Of a stretch of DNA of 64,000 nucleotides, positions 1 to 14,225 are shown piece after piece; position 1 is the stretch's first letter, and the number at the start of each line of letters is the position of its first letter. The translations under genes were made by a program, and so were the position numbers. The notes under the pieces were generated by a model. It did not search any database, had not been told where the DNA came from, and saw nothing but the letters and a program-made list of their open reading frames with translations. Source of the DNA: Octopus vulgaris (taxonomy: Eukaryota); assembly GCA_951406725.2 (NCBI GenBank), contig OX597814.1, positions 13,454,001 to 13,518,000 of the forward strand, written 5' to 3'.

Positions 1-535
1 ATAAACAGTCGAAATGTCCCCATACTTATCGATCAGCTATGGCTTTTTGCCGTAGCCTCTTCAGTGGGGTCGTCTCAGTCGGTATAAATGTTTACACCAG
101 ATAAATCTATAGGTGATTTAGTGAGTCCTTAATGTGTATACAAATAATTAATTTAGTCAGCGGTGTGCAATGTTTTACTAATAAAGAAAACGATAATTGT
201 CATTAAATATGACTAAGGGTGTTAAAAACACTTACATTGTTGGAATTAAAAGCTCCAACATAATCATATAGAAACATAATAACATGGACCATGATAGCCC
301 GGAAGCCGTGGTCGAGATATCTCTATATGGCTTGGTCAATTTCGGTTTTTCGCCGTAGCTTCTTCAGTGGAATCGCTGGACTCGGCTGATTCCTGGCAAA
401 AATAACTGCCAGTATATATGTTTACACCATGGATACCTATGCATGAATAAGCGATTTGCTAATGTGTATACAAATAATTAATATAGCCCAAAATTATTAT
501 TGTCATTATACATTTATATATATAATTCATATATA

Positions 536-834
536 TATCAACATGATCACCGTGACCGGCCAGGGTATCAGATGCTGCTAAACATCGCTGGTCACAATTT
601 GCTTCGCATTATTTTAGCCTTCAAATAACGCCACCCCGCTGGCTAAGCGAGTAGGCTAACAGAGGAAAGAGTGAGAGAATGTTGTAGCGAGATAGTTCAG
701 CAGGGATCGCCATCTCCCCCTCTCGAAGCACGTGGAGCTTTAGGTGTTTTCGCTTAATAAACACTCACAAAGCCCGGTCTGGGAATCGAAACCGGGAGTC
801 CGTTGCCCTAACCACTGGGACATTGCACCTCCAC
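536..834 (-). mobile_element. tRNA-derived SINE, family A
   Basis: Minus strand starts GTGGAGGTGCAATGTCCCAGTGGTTAGGGCAAC...GGTTTCGATTCCC (A/B-box-like). Closely similar to copies at 21160-21440, 59227-59610 and 61638-61952. Confidence 0.85.
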
Positions 835-838
835 TTCA

Positions 839-869
<31 letters not shown>

Positions 870-870
870 T

Positions 871-909
<39 letters not shown>

Positions 910-1423
910 ATATAAGAGGTTGCCTAGAGATATATACGTATCTATTTGATTGTATATGTATGAATGTATATTTCAGTGTCTCTGGGTGTGTATTTGGGCA
1001 TGTATACATGAATATACATATATATAAAAGGCAACGTGTGTCTCTGAACCAACGAATACTTAAGGCTGGATAGTACAATTCCACATGTGTAGTCTAACAT
1101 AAGGGACAAAATAAATAGCCAATACATCCAATACCACTCACAAGAAGCACGCACAAGCACGTTCACACCAAGCAAAATGAAACTGCAAGGGCCTACTAAA
1201 TTAAAACAAGGTAGATGGATGTGTTAGCATCGAAATCGAAGGCTTTGTAACTAACGGGTACAGCAATTGAATACCACCTCAAGAAATACAACTGGATACC
1301 ATGATAAAGGTACAATGTTGCATAATCAAATTCTTGTATATGAAGAACTACGTTGTATGGAATTGTGTTGTGATTAAAAAATGACTATTCAACCGTATTC
1401 CTGTGACTCTATCGTATTCAATT

Positions 1424-1471
<48 letters not shown>

Positions 1472-1912
1472 GTATGTTATAAAGTAGAACACAGTAAAAA
1501 TTTGTCACTATCGTACTCGGAGTTTCGAATGCCGGAGCGAAGAGCTTCGATACATTCTTGTAGTTCCTGCATTCGAAACTCCCACTACTATAATGACACT
1601 CTTTTAGTGTTTGTTGTAATTTATGACATAAATTGAAAATTCCCTACTTCTGCTACCGACGTCTCAGTCTTTTGTTCTTATATTCTGTTATTAATATTGT
1701 GTGTATATATTTGAACCATTTTATATTCTCAATTCTCTTTGTTTTAGTGTGCAGTAGTATTATGTACGTAAGTTGGCATGAAGTTTCTTTTAGCATATAT
1801 TACATAATTAGATTAAGATTAAACATAGATGTTTATTAAATAAAGATATAAATGCATAATTTAATGGATATAGATTAAATTATAGTATTTTAGCTTCATT
1901 TAATATATATTA

Positions 1913-1968
<56 letters not shown>

Positions 1969-2254
1969 TTAAATATTTTGTTTTAATTACTTCTATTTTC
2001 ATTTTCCAGTAATAATAGTTTGTTATTATTTCTTGTATAAGTTAAATATATTTTCATAGATAAAATAAATATTTTATTTCTGTATTTATTCTAGTTCTAT
2101 TTACACAACACATTTAACGAGATAAACTTATTATAAACACTAAGTCGTACGTATTAAGTTTAATGATTTAGTTACATAATATATTCAATAAGATATTTCA
2201 TGTTTTTATTTTAAGATGTATTATTGCATTTTGTTACATACATATATATATATG

Positions 2255-2368
<114 letters not shown>

Positions 2369-2369
2369 C

Positions 2370-2413
<44 letters not shown>

Positions 2414-2726
2414 TTATAATTATATACGTACTTTTATTTAAATATATTATTGTTGTTATCTTAGACCTATGAGTGATTATATATAAATTGAAATGATTTT
2501 ATTGTTATCGATTTGAAAATATAGCTACAAAACACGTGTAGTCTATTTACTCTTTATATACTATTTATTTATTAATTCGTACTTTATTTAGGTCTAGGAA
2601 ATGTGTTATCGTATGTTTAATTTTTTCTATATGGTATGTTTTAAGTATATCATTGTCCAAATGCTACGTAGTAGTTCTTCTCTAATTTATATACATTTAT
2701 CTAGATGTGCATATACATATGCAAAT

Positions 2727-2766
<40 letters not shown>

Positions 2767-2866
2767 TTACACATACATAAATAGATGCATACATATATAC
2801 ATACATATATATATATATATATATTTATACACACATTTGTATGTATCTTATACATACATAAATATA

Positions 2867-4089
2867 CAAGAGTTGGACAAAATAATGAAATCACCTTGTG
2901 TAATGGCATCATAAGTTTGAAAATCTATAAATCCATTTATTTTGCCTTTTAATTCATTTGTTTTACATATTTATTGTTAGTGTTGCTTAATATAGTTTGC
3001 AAAAATTGTTGTTTCATTAAGATTCATTAAAACTTTCAAAGAGGTCAAATTGTTGATGCTCGTATGACAGGCGCTAGCATAACGAAAGCAGACGAAATGT
3101 TTGGTGTATCAATAAGTACTGTCTCGAAAGTAATGACAGCCTTTGAGAAAGTGGAAATTACCTACTCGTCGAAACAAAACTCCGGAAGAAAACAAAAATA
3201 TTCAGACTCGGAATCTTACACGTATTGTTAGAAATGATATCAATAGTACAGCTCCCATAATTACTGCAGGGCTTAGTGCCTACCTCGAGAACCTACTTTC
3301 TTAAAAAGCGTCCACCGGGAGCTGCACATAGCCGGATTTCACAGGAGGGCTGCACTCAGAAAAGAATTAATTTCAAAAACGAACATTACAAAGAGTTTAG
3401 AGTGGTGTAAAATCCTGCAGAATTGGTCCCTAGCGCAGTAGAAGAATGTTATTTTTTTGAACGAGTCATCCTCTACGTTATATCCGACCACAGGCTGGGT
3501 ATACTTGTGAAGACAGCCAAAAGAAGCATTTAATGCACACTGCCTTCTTACAACTGTTAAACATGGCGGATGATCTGTGATGATCTGGAATGGGGGCTAT
3601 ATTTTGGAAATCTACCGTGCCAATGGTTTCCCTTCATGACAAAATTAATAGTCAAGAAGTTTTAATCACTTTATCTGATCAAATTCATCCTATTTTTGCG
3701 GAAGTGTTTCCGGAGGGAAACGCAATCTCAGGATCATAATGCACCAATTCACAGAGCGAAATTTCTTACTGAATGTCATGAGGAACATTCTAGTGAAGTT
3801 GAACATCTTATCTGGCCAGCACAGTCCCCAGATCTCAATATTATTGAACATGCATGGTTCATTTTAGAAAAACAAGTAAGGATTTTATATCCTCCACCAT
3901 CATCACTAGAAGAACTGGAGGCTGTTTTAGCTGAAGAAAAGACAAAATTCCAATGGAAACAATTCAAATTTTGTACGAGACCATACCTCGTAGAATTCAA
4001 GCTGTATTTACTACCAAATGCGGTCCTATCCAATATTAAGATAAATTTGTCTGAAATTTGAATGTTTCCATTATTTTGTTCAACCCCTG
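2867..4089 (+). mobile_element. Decayed Tc1-family DNA transposon
   Basis: TIRs TA|CAAGAGTTGGACAAAATAATGAAA and TTTCCATTATTTTGTTCAACCCCTG. The frameshifted transposase reads FQRGQIVDARMTGASITKADEMFGVSISTVSKVM (HTH) ... QDHNAPIH ... WPAQSPDLNIIEHAW (DD34E-type motifs). Confidence 0.9.
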
Positions 4090-4107
4090 TTTATATATAC
4101 GGCACGA

Positions 4108-4203
4108 GAGACATTCTAGTGAATTTGAACGTCTTATCTGGCCGCCACAGTCCCCAGATCTAAATACTATTGAACATTTATGGTGCATTTTAGAAAAACA
4201 AGT
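4108..4203 (+). repeat. Second copy of an internal Tc1 transposase segment (about 3782-3877)
   Basis: ACATTCTAGTGAA...CTTATCTGGCC...CAGTCCCCAGATCT...TTTTAGAAAAACAAGT is repeated just outside the right TIR. Confidence 0.75.
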
Positions 4204-5900
4204 CTCCAGTTCTTGAAGGGATGATGGTGAGAAAGGTTGAGTTCAATTAGAAGAGTTTTACTTTGGTTGTCCAATGGTATATTTCTCATAAATTTGTAGC
4301 TTGCTATTGCAAGTATTTTGTTAAAAATATGAAAATTTTACAAGTATAAGATGTATTATGAGCATTTATAGAACACAGTCCTATATAAACTCAACAAATT
4401 ATTAAAGATGGAGAAGAGAAGAGGTTAAAAGTTTCATATTTAATCCATGCACACACGTTAATACCAAATGTAAGAAACATGGAAGAGATTAAATTAATTA
4501 TAATTAATTTAAGTATATATTAGCATTCCCGTCAATCCAAAAAATAAAGAAAACGTCAGAAAAATTTTAACAGAAGAAATATGTTGTTACAGAATACTGC
4601 ATTGAGACCGTATCTGATAACTCATTTGAATATTAATAAAACAATGTGAACGATTAAATATACAATACATGGTTATATACTTTTGAGTTTAGTTGTGTAG
4701 GAACTAAAACAGGTTTGGCTGACGAACATTTTGAAATATAAGTATGAAAATTTAAGGAAGCATTCTCTCTATATGAGTATAGGTCATATTATGAAACACA
4801 TACCATATATGTATATATAGTAAGAAAAATTATATTATATAAATTTCAATATACTCGCACAGATATAGTGACATATACGCAAAAAACACACACACGCACA
4901 CACACATATATATGCATACATATACAAACATACATACGCTCATATGTATATATACAAAAAGCAAAAGTGTGTGACATCATAGTTTTATTTAAATTTACAT
5001 GTGGATTGACATTTATGAGCGGTGTACAATGAAAAAATACTTGGAATAGAAAGTGGTAAAAAATTGAAAAAGAAACAGTTTACTAAATGAAAAGTTCCTG
5101 GGATGGGAAGTGTGGTTATATTAGATTTATTTATATAAGTAGATATAAAATCGAGAAGCATGTAACAAAATTTATTGGAGTAATATAATAGTGAAATAAT
5201 GCTAATAAAAATGGCTGGATAATGTTATATTCGATTGTAAGAAAGAGGGAAAAGTTGTTAATATTACAGAATGTAGAGGGAAAGAAAAGCTACTAACTCT
5301 TGTTTAGATATAGAAAAAAGATTAATGGAGAGAAAAATTGTTTAAAATCTATAGATTAGAGAATTAGTGAAGGGGAAATAATGCTAAGTAGATTTCCAGG
5401 AAAAAATATTTTCTATGTTTAAATGTAAAAAAAACACTGGTATGTATGTTAAAATACAAAAAAGAATGAAGAATCTGGATATGGGCAAAAACGATGTAAT
5501 AGAATAGTGATATATGTATATGTATATATATATATGTATATATATATATAATTTACTAATTTATGAAACGTGGTGATGAAGTTGGATGTGATTGTAAAAG
5601 CGTTTTTTATTTGGGTGATTCCTGCAGTATTGATTCGAAAGTTTAAATCTCGAATATAAGAGAGGTTAGTTATTTCAGATTCGTGTATGCATTTATATAT
5701 ACTGTTGCAAATGAAAAAAAAAGACGGGAAAATCACGATAAAAAAGAACAGAAAATAAAAGAAAATATAAAAAGGACAAGTGCAAATATTTATACACTTA
5801 CATATAGATACGCGTACATATATTCATACTTACACTCACGTATACATGTATATATACATATATAACCTATATATACACATACAGACACTTATATAGATAC

Positions 5901-5931
<31 letters not shown>

Positions 5932-7053
5932 TATATATATATACATATATGTACATATATCCACACATAACCACACATACGCACATGTTGACACATGCAG
6001 GTGTACATGTATATATATATATATATAAAGACGATAAATGGAGCAATAAGCAGTGAGAAGAGGAATGACGTTGTTATAAAGGCATTATTTTAGATGAGAG
6101 TATGTTCACAGTTGTTTCAGTATATCAAACTGGGGTAAATTTGCCCCTGCCTCGTTGCAATTGATTGATATCATCGGAACGATTACATGGCAGAGATAAG
6201 TAGAAGGAGAATAGAAAGAAAATGTGAGGAAAAGCAAGGAAAAAAGGGAAAATTGTTCGTTAATTCAATAGTCTTACGTTTTAGTGAAGTCCATAATTCA
6301 ATATATCAGTTGGAGGATAGAATTGAAGTCAAATTGGTTTATTAAATATACACGGTACCGGAAGCGGGGGAATGCAACATAGAGACTATCTTTTTAAAAC
6401 AGATTTAGTCGCAATTTATTGATGATTTCATGGTTAGCGTACATAATGCACTTTGCAATCAATGGAAATATAACCAGAAGACATAAAAATGAACATCTGT
6501 ACATACCAACCGAACAGCAAACGTATCCAACATAGCATATATGAAAGCTCACTCTTACATATCCATGTAAAAGGTGGGTTTCTCAAATTACATCGCGTAC
6601 ACGTTTATTGTCGGAATAATTCAGCACCTAATATATTCCGGTTTAATTTTCAATAATATCTAAGGATAAAATCTACATAAGAATTTATCAAGTAGCCAGC
6701 GTATAAAATTTGTTCAGAAAAAAAAATTAATACAAAATACATAATTTTTTCCTTTAAATGGACACAGTCCTTCCAGTCCTTCCAGTTCTGTGGGGTGCTT
6801 CCTGCCTGGATATATCCTGCGTCTCACAAGGTTTTATCTCTGTGCGCTGCATCTGTGCCCAATCTTTTCCACAGACCGACCTCGCTCGGTATATCTTGAG
6901 CCCTTTCTCATTCTTACTGATATTTAACAATGACACTTTACTTCCAATACCTCCCCAACTACTGATGTTTCAGCAGGTGCTGAAAACTGCAACTGTATAA
7001 ATATATTTATATATACATATATACATACACACATGCATACTCATACACACACA

Positions 7054-7100
<47 letters not shown>

Positions 7101-8052
7101 GTACATATATACATATATGTATATATATATGCATATGTATATATATATATATATATATAATACCGGAGTAAACACATAAATGTGAAACAATGTGGAAAAA
7201 AGAGTACTCAAATACCAACTCAAATACGAACGGGAACGTGAAACTCGAAGTAACAGGTTTTGTTGAATTTTCTGCTGCTTTTAAATAAAGTATATATATA
7301 ATATATATATATATAGATAGATAGATAGATATACATATATATACACACACATACACACACAAACATGCACGCACACAATTTTTCCCTAATTAATATCTAA
7401 TTTGAAAGTCGATCATGTCAGCATTCTATCTTCCATCACCCAAACGTTGTAATAATTTATTTACTTGAAGATGTCTTGATCAACGCAGCTGAGAAAATGT
7501 CTGTAACCTGTGTTTACTTAATTTAACAAAAATAATGTTATTCTGTAAACAATAATGTTACTTCCTACTATGAATTATTATTTTTTGTTTATCCTTTAAT
7601 ATATTCTGAATTAAGTTTTTCCAGCTTAACTTATTTATTAGACACAGATTTGAATCAATTAATGTTATGTTTTATTAAGCAATTAAGGTAATGCGACAAA
7701 ATGAATTATTTAAGTGGGTAACGAATCTAAATGCAATCAATATCTTAAACCCCGTGACAATGTAATTTATATTGTCTGCATTATTTGTATTAATTTAAGA
7801 ATGGAAACGAAAAATCATAACTAATTGCTTAATCATGTGTAGAGATCGTGATATAAACGAATTAAACAATTTTTATATGATTTCATCTTAGTGTAAGATT
7901 GGTTTGATACTATGCGTATGATTTATGATACTTTATGCAACAATAGGCTGTGTATATGGAGATGTTCAGCTTATGTAGAATATTTTCGCTCAGTTTTAAA
8001 AAAATGTTCAATAGCAAACAGAGGCTATGCAAACTTTTTGATATTGAGATGG

Positions 8053-8652
8053 CAAATTTCACGATGTGGGTTATATATTTACTTAGATAATATTCGAAAG
8101 AAGAACTTTCTGAAGTTCGTTCCATGTATTCTGTAGAGCAAAGGGATATTATTAAACAAAAGGAGGCTCAGAAGAAATGCAAAACGATGACGAATTGTTA
8201 GTTCTATAGATTGGAGCTTTCGTGTTATACTAAGTTTTGTCATAGTTGTATTTAAATTTACATGTGGATCGACATTAATGAGCGGTGTACAATGAAAAAA
8301 TACTTGGAATAGAAAGTGGTAAAAAATTGAAAAAGAAACAGTTTACTAAATGAAAAGTTCCTGGGATGGGAAGTGTGGTTATATTAGATTTATTTATATA
8401 AGTAGATATAAAATCGAGAAGCATGTAACAAAATTTATTGGAGTAATATAATAGTGAAATAATGCTAATAAAAAATTTCATGATGTGAGTTATATATTTA
8501 CTTAGATAATATTCGAAAGAAGAACTTTCTGAAGTTCGTTGCATGTATTCTGTAGAGCAAAGAGATATTATTAAACAAAAGGAGGCTCAGAAGAAATGCA
8601 AAACGATGACGAATTGTTAGTTCTATAGATTGGAGCTTTCATGTTATACTAA
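8053..8652. repeat. About 180 bp direct repeat flanking a copy of 4978-5210
   Basis: 8053-8233 matches 8472-8652, and the intervening 8240-8472 matches 4978-5210. Confidence 0.85.
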
Positions 8653-9099
8653 ATTTGGTCTGGCCAATACAAATTATAACAATACCGATATGGTAAGGTG
8701 ATGTCCACGTTTAGAGAACGCAAAAAAAAAATCCGCAAGCGACAAAAATACGACACTTACTTCAAAGATGAAACACAATCAATGATATAGTAATTTGTAT
8801 GAGAAGAGAAATTACCGATGTAAATATAAAGTGAAACTTCCAGCGTAATATCTTTCTTGCTACTTGATTTCCCGATATCATAAATTAAATATCTTCGTTA
8901 TATTTTTTGTTCAAGAAAGTATTTCATCAGTACGAATGACTATCGTATTCCGAAATATTATGTTAAGAAATAATTAGAGAAGCTACTACTCACTATACTA
9001 ACAGCATTGCTTTGAAGGTTCTCCTGCATTAAATTATTATAATAATGAAAATACTGATTACGTAAACGTGACACACACGCCTGTATCTGCATATCAGTG

Positions 9100-9157
<58 letters not shown>

Positions 9158-9286
9158 TTAACTATCTATATGTAAGTATGTATACACACATATTAGTATT
9201 TGCGTGCTTATGTTTATATATATATATACATATATATTTATATGTATGTATATACACACACATAGTATTTACATGCGTATATCTAA

Positions 9287-9347
<61 letters not shown>

Positions 9348-9706
9348 ATATAAAGAGACAGAGAAATTAATATATACATAGATCAATAAAATAGATGCAC
9401 ACATACGCGTGTATATGTATATAATTTATCTATACGTCAACCCACATCCACGCATTCTCTTCGGTAGCAACATTACATGCAGAGGAAGGAATGCATTCAT
9501 CTTTTTTCTTCTTATTTCTGTTTCGAAATTCTTAATATTAAAGGCATATTAGTCACACGACTTCTGATACGGATAATTATCTTGAAAATTTCTGACACTT
9601 CAAAGTTCATTCAGCTTCATTATAGAGTATGTTGTCGCAATTGTACAGTTTGATCGCATGTACACGTTAATAAATGACGACAGAAATATGCATTTCAAAA
9701 TCATAA

Positions 9707-9756
<50 letters not shown>

Positions 9757-9844
9757 GTATATATATATATATACATATAGACATATATATATATATATTT
9801 ATATATATCTATATCTATATATATCTATATATCTATCTATCTAT

Positions 9845-9889
<45 letters not shown>

Positions 9890-10574
9890 TATATATATAT
9901 TTATATATATCTATATCTATATATATCTATATATCTATCTATATACATATATATATATATATTGGAATTGGAATAGCACTCATAATTACGCATATTTTCC
10001 ATCTACATTTTCCGATATGGCATACGTACATTCATCATACCTATTTCCTACAAGCATAACATTAGAAGAGAAGGTATTCTCTGTAGGATCTTCATAATAA
10101 TAGTGTTTCAGGAAAAAAGATAACCAAATTTGTTCAAAGAAAAGAAATGCATCTTTTTTTTCATTTTTATCCTAAAAATGTCTTAAAAATAACGTCAATC
10201 TTATTTTATTGGAAACACAGGAATATTTTATCAAATTAGACTCATTAACATAGCGTGCATCGATTTCCAAACGTTACTATCAACTTCTAGATATTTATAT
10301 TTCTGGAGCAGGTGTTAAAAGTGTTATATTTTAAGTAATCTTATGTATACATTATATTTATGAATTTTCAATATAGATTGGTTGCAAATGTTTTTAATAG
10401 TTCTATATATACAGTGGCGGCCAAATTGTTCAGAACGGCATTTTTTTCGTCAGAAAAGTAGATGTAATTTTTTATCAAAGTTGTTTTATATTCTATAATT
10501 TTCACAGACAATAAATACGGTAGTATTTGTTATTGCCTGAGATTTTGGTGTAATTTGAGAGGATAATACAGAGT

Positions 10575-11420
10575 GCTACGATTGTGTAATAGAACAGCTT
10601 TGATGCTGTCCTTGGATGCATCTATGAAAAGTCACCAGTTGGTTTTATCATATGGTATTTCCAGTTGCTCAAAAAGTTCAGTGATGTCATTACAAAAGCA
10701 TAAGTCATCCTTCATGGTGAATAATGCAAGTAGATCCTCTGTACGTTTTCTGTACAGTGCTATCTTCATCCTTTCTCACGAAGATCACGTTCTTGAAGCC
10801 TTGATACCAGAAACTCACTTTTCTCTTTGGTTAAATAGAGATCCCTGCAAAAGTCATTCAAAGCCTCTTGAGTAAATGGTATTGGTTTATTCTCGCTTTC
10901 TGGATCATTGGGCTCCAAACATTCACCACAGGAATGTTCATCAGCACAATTAGAACTCTGCATTTCTTGATCTGGTGGTTTGGGCACAGGCAAATTTTCT
11001 GTGTGCTCTACTGGGCGTATTGCTGATTGCAAATTTTGGTAAATAATGTGTAACTTTCTCTTTGCTGTAGTACAGCCTGTAAAGTCATGGTGACAGAAAT
11101 AGCAACCATTAAAGTGATCTTCCTGCTCACGCCAAATCATTGGCACACGAAACTTCATGTGAACATTTTTCCTGCATACCAGGCACTCAATGTCTTCACA
11201 TATATAAGGCAACACACATGAGGAGCCCATGACTTATCCTGGTCTCCTAAGAAACAATCGAAGTACGCCTTGTATATTTTCTCGATATGACGTGTAATAT
11301 TGCGCTTCGCTTTTGCAAAAGTCAATTCCCCACAGATATAACAGAATCTGTTTGAATCAGTTTTGCACAGTCTTGCATTCATTGTTGAAAACAAATATGA
11401 TCTGAAAGATAAACAAATAA
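10575..11420 (-). pseudogene. Chapaev3-like (CMC) transposase, N-terminal half, inverted
   Basis: RLCKTDSNRFCYICG...LGDQDKSWAPHVC, PMIWREQEDHFNGCYFC, FTQEALNDFCRDLYLTKEKSEFLVSRLQE; frameshifted. Confidence 0.8.
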
Positions 11421-11422
11421 CC

Positions 11423-12669
11423 TTAAATACTGTACAGAAAGCGTACAGAGGATCTGCTGGCATTATTCACCACGAAGGATGACTTATGCCTTTGTACTGA
11501 CATCACTGAACTTTTTGAGCAACTGGAAATACCATATGATAAAACCAACTGGTGACTTTTCATAGATGCATCCAAGGACAGCATCAAAGCTGTTCTATTA
11601 CACAATCGTAGCTCTCTGCCTTCTGTCCCCATCGCTTATAGAACAACCATGAAAGAATCATATGAAAATCTGAAAGCAATTAAAACAAGCATGCTGTATG
11701 ATGACCATACCTGGCATATTTGTGCAGATTTTAAGTTTGCCTATACTAAATGTTGCTGCTTCTTGTGCTTATGGAATTCCAGAGCAAGAGCTGAACATTA
11801 TGTACGCAAGGATTGGCCAATCCGAGATGAAATTGAGCAGGGAAAGCAGAACATCCTGCACAAACCATTTGTGAAAAGTGATAGAATTGTTTTACTATCT
11901 TTGCCTATTAAACTTTATGAAAGTCTTCGACAAGGAATCCTCCGCACTTGCATATCTTGCAGAAAAGTTCTCTTCCTTCAGTCAAGCTAAATTTAAAGAA
12001 GGTTTCTTCATAGGCCCCCAAATTCGAAAAATTGTACCTGATGAAACCTACATTACACATCTCTAGAGAAAAGAAAAGCTTGCCTTTGAGTTATTCAAGA
12101 AAGTTTAAGATAACTTCCTGGCAACCATTGTTCAGAAGACTATGTGCAAGATGTCAATAATCTGCAGAGTCATTATCATGATATGGGATGTAACATGTTT
12201 CTAAAAGTTCATGTGCTTCATTCTCTTTTGGATTTTTTTTGTTGAAGATCTTGGTGATGTGAGAGGTGAACATGGCAAAATATTCCAACAGGATATTTTA
12301 GTGATAGAGCGACGATTCAAAGGAAAATGGAACTCCGGCATGTTGGCAGACTACTGCTGGGGTATATAAAAAGATCTCACTCTGCACAAGAGGCTTAGGA
12401 TGACAAAAGTTGTTTAAACTGACAGGTGTGTTTTTAATTCATAACCAATATATGTTTTGTTTTACGGGCTAAATTTTTGCTTTGTTTTTTGTAACTTTCA
12501 GTATTTGCAATTATGTGTTCAATAGGCGATATTATGCAGTATATTATAACATATAGGGTTCGTGGTACAGGAAAACATAGTCAGAATCAGAATCAGGGCA
12601 GTTTTTTGACCCAGAAACATAACTTACATAACTTATACTTTTTTCGAACATGAAATTTGTTGCACAGTG
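11423..12669 (+). mobile_element. Chapaev3-like transposase C-terminal half plus right terminus
   Basis: W*LFIDASKDSIKAVLLHN, YTKCCCFLCLWNSRAR, KEGFFIGPQIRK, GCNMFLKVHVLHS, EHGKIFQQDI, MLADYCW. Ends in GAAATTTGTTGCACAGTG (CACTG-type terminus). Confidence 0.8.
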
Positions 12670-13699
12670 GTACCAACAATTTTATCCGTCCACATGTGGC
12701 GAGTGTAACCCATTAAATGATGAATAATATATACAAAACTGAAAATTCCCCTTGAAATCTATTAGTAAGACAAATATAAAACAAATCATGATATCGATAA
12801 ATGACATTTGTTGATGTTGAAGAAAACATGAATTTCCATTTAACGGGTGGAGCTAAAATTGTTATAGACATAAAAGTCAGCTTCTATAAGATTAAATATA
12901 AAATATTAAGCAACAAAATATAAATGTCTTCTCTAACGCTACCTGAAGCAATTTTACTGTGTTAGCAGTTTTGAAAGGAACGAAGGCGTGTGTACTTCTT
13001 ATAGCCACCCGCGTACCCGTAAAGGTCAACGGAAACAATTATCTCCAAACATGAAGAAAGATAACGTGAATTTTATCAATTGACATTTATCAATACACCT
13101 AAACGAGCCTACATTGAAGGAACGTAACTGTGTTTCATTTACTTATTGCTATCTTTTCATGTCTTTTGTAAATTAATCAGTAACTCGACTATTCTAGTAA
13201 ATTTTCGGGGATTCATGTTCGTGTGCAAATTGAAAAACTGAAATGTCGTTAAAAATGTTGGTTTTTTTCGAAGTACATTCATAAATACTCTAAATTGTCT
13301 GTGTTTCAGATTTAAATAAAAGTGTCCATCATCCTAGAGCAGAAACCCGCCTTAACTTAATTTTTACTACTATTCCTCGCAGAATCCTTAACATTCCGGG
13401 AAATATACTTAGAATAGTTTCGTCCATCATTACTGAATTAAAATGATGCTGAGAGCTTCACCCATCATCATTTCGGTGTCGTTGAAATATGTACTAGTTC
13501 AAAAGTGGAGTCAATGTAATCAACTAGTGTTCTCCTTCAAAATGTCAGGCCTTGAGATTTTAGTAGATATCATTATGAAATAATTCATTCACAATTATAC
13601 AATACAGGATATCACAACTTAATTACTACCATTTTCGAGGGGAACTAATTTCGTGTCGCTGTGACCAACCTTGTCACCGTGACATTTCAGAAAATGATA

Positions 13700-14225
13700 T
13701 TTACTACTGAATGTTCATACACATCAATTCACTCTGTCCTTGATCAACATCAGGTAACGCATTACCCAGTGGAGTTCATCAATTCACTTCAGCCACCAGG
13801 ATTTCCGCCACACATTCTGATCATGAAAACAGGTGCTCTCAGAATGCTGTTAAGAGACCTGGGTGCACCCAAAGTCTGTAATGGGACAAGGTTGGTTGTA
13901 GAAACAGGTATGCCCCATGTGCTGGAAGCAACAATTATTACTGGCAACATGATGTGTGAGTAGGTCTTCATTCGAAGGATCTCCCTCATCTCAAATTATC
14001 CCTTTCAGTTGACGAGACTGGAGATTCCTGTCAAGCTAAACCTCGCAATGTCTATCAACAAAGCACAAGGTCACTCACTAAAAGTGGGGGAATTAAACTT
14101 CTTCAACCATGTTTCTCACTTCGTCAGCTGTGTGGTATGTTCAAGAGTTAGAGAGGAAAAGAACCTCTAAATTCACATCGATAAACATGGCATGATAGAA
14201 AGCATAGTATATGAAGAAGCACTTG
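13700..14225 (+). pseudogene. Helitron PIF1-like helicase C-terminal fragment
   Basis: YPVEFINSLQPPGFPPH...LLRDLGAPKVCNGTRLVV, then after a stop PFQLTRLEIPVKLNLAMSINKAQGHSL. Confidence 0.85.

Noticed and set aside
6958-7000. CTGATG-TTTCAGC-AGGT-GCTGAAA hairpin as a hammerhead
   Set aside because: The GAAA is consumed in the stem and stems I and III do not form convincingly.
10412-10570. TA-CAGTGGCGGCCAAA as a transposon left end
   Set aside because: No matching partner TIR was found in the window, so it cannot be assigned.
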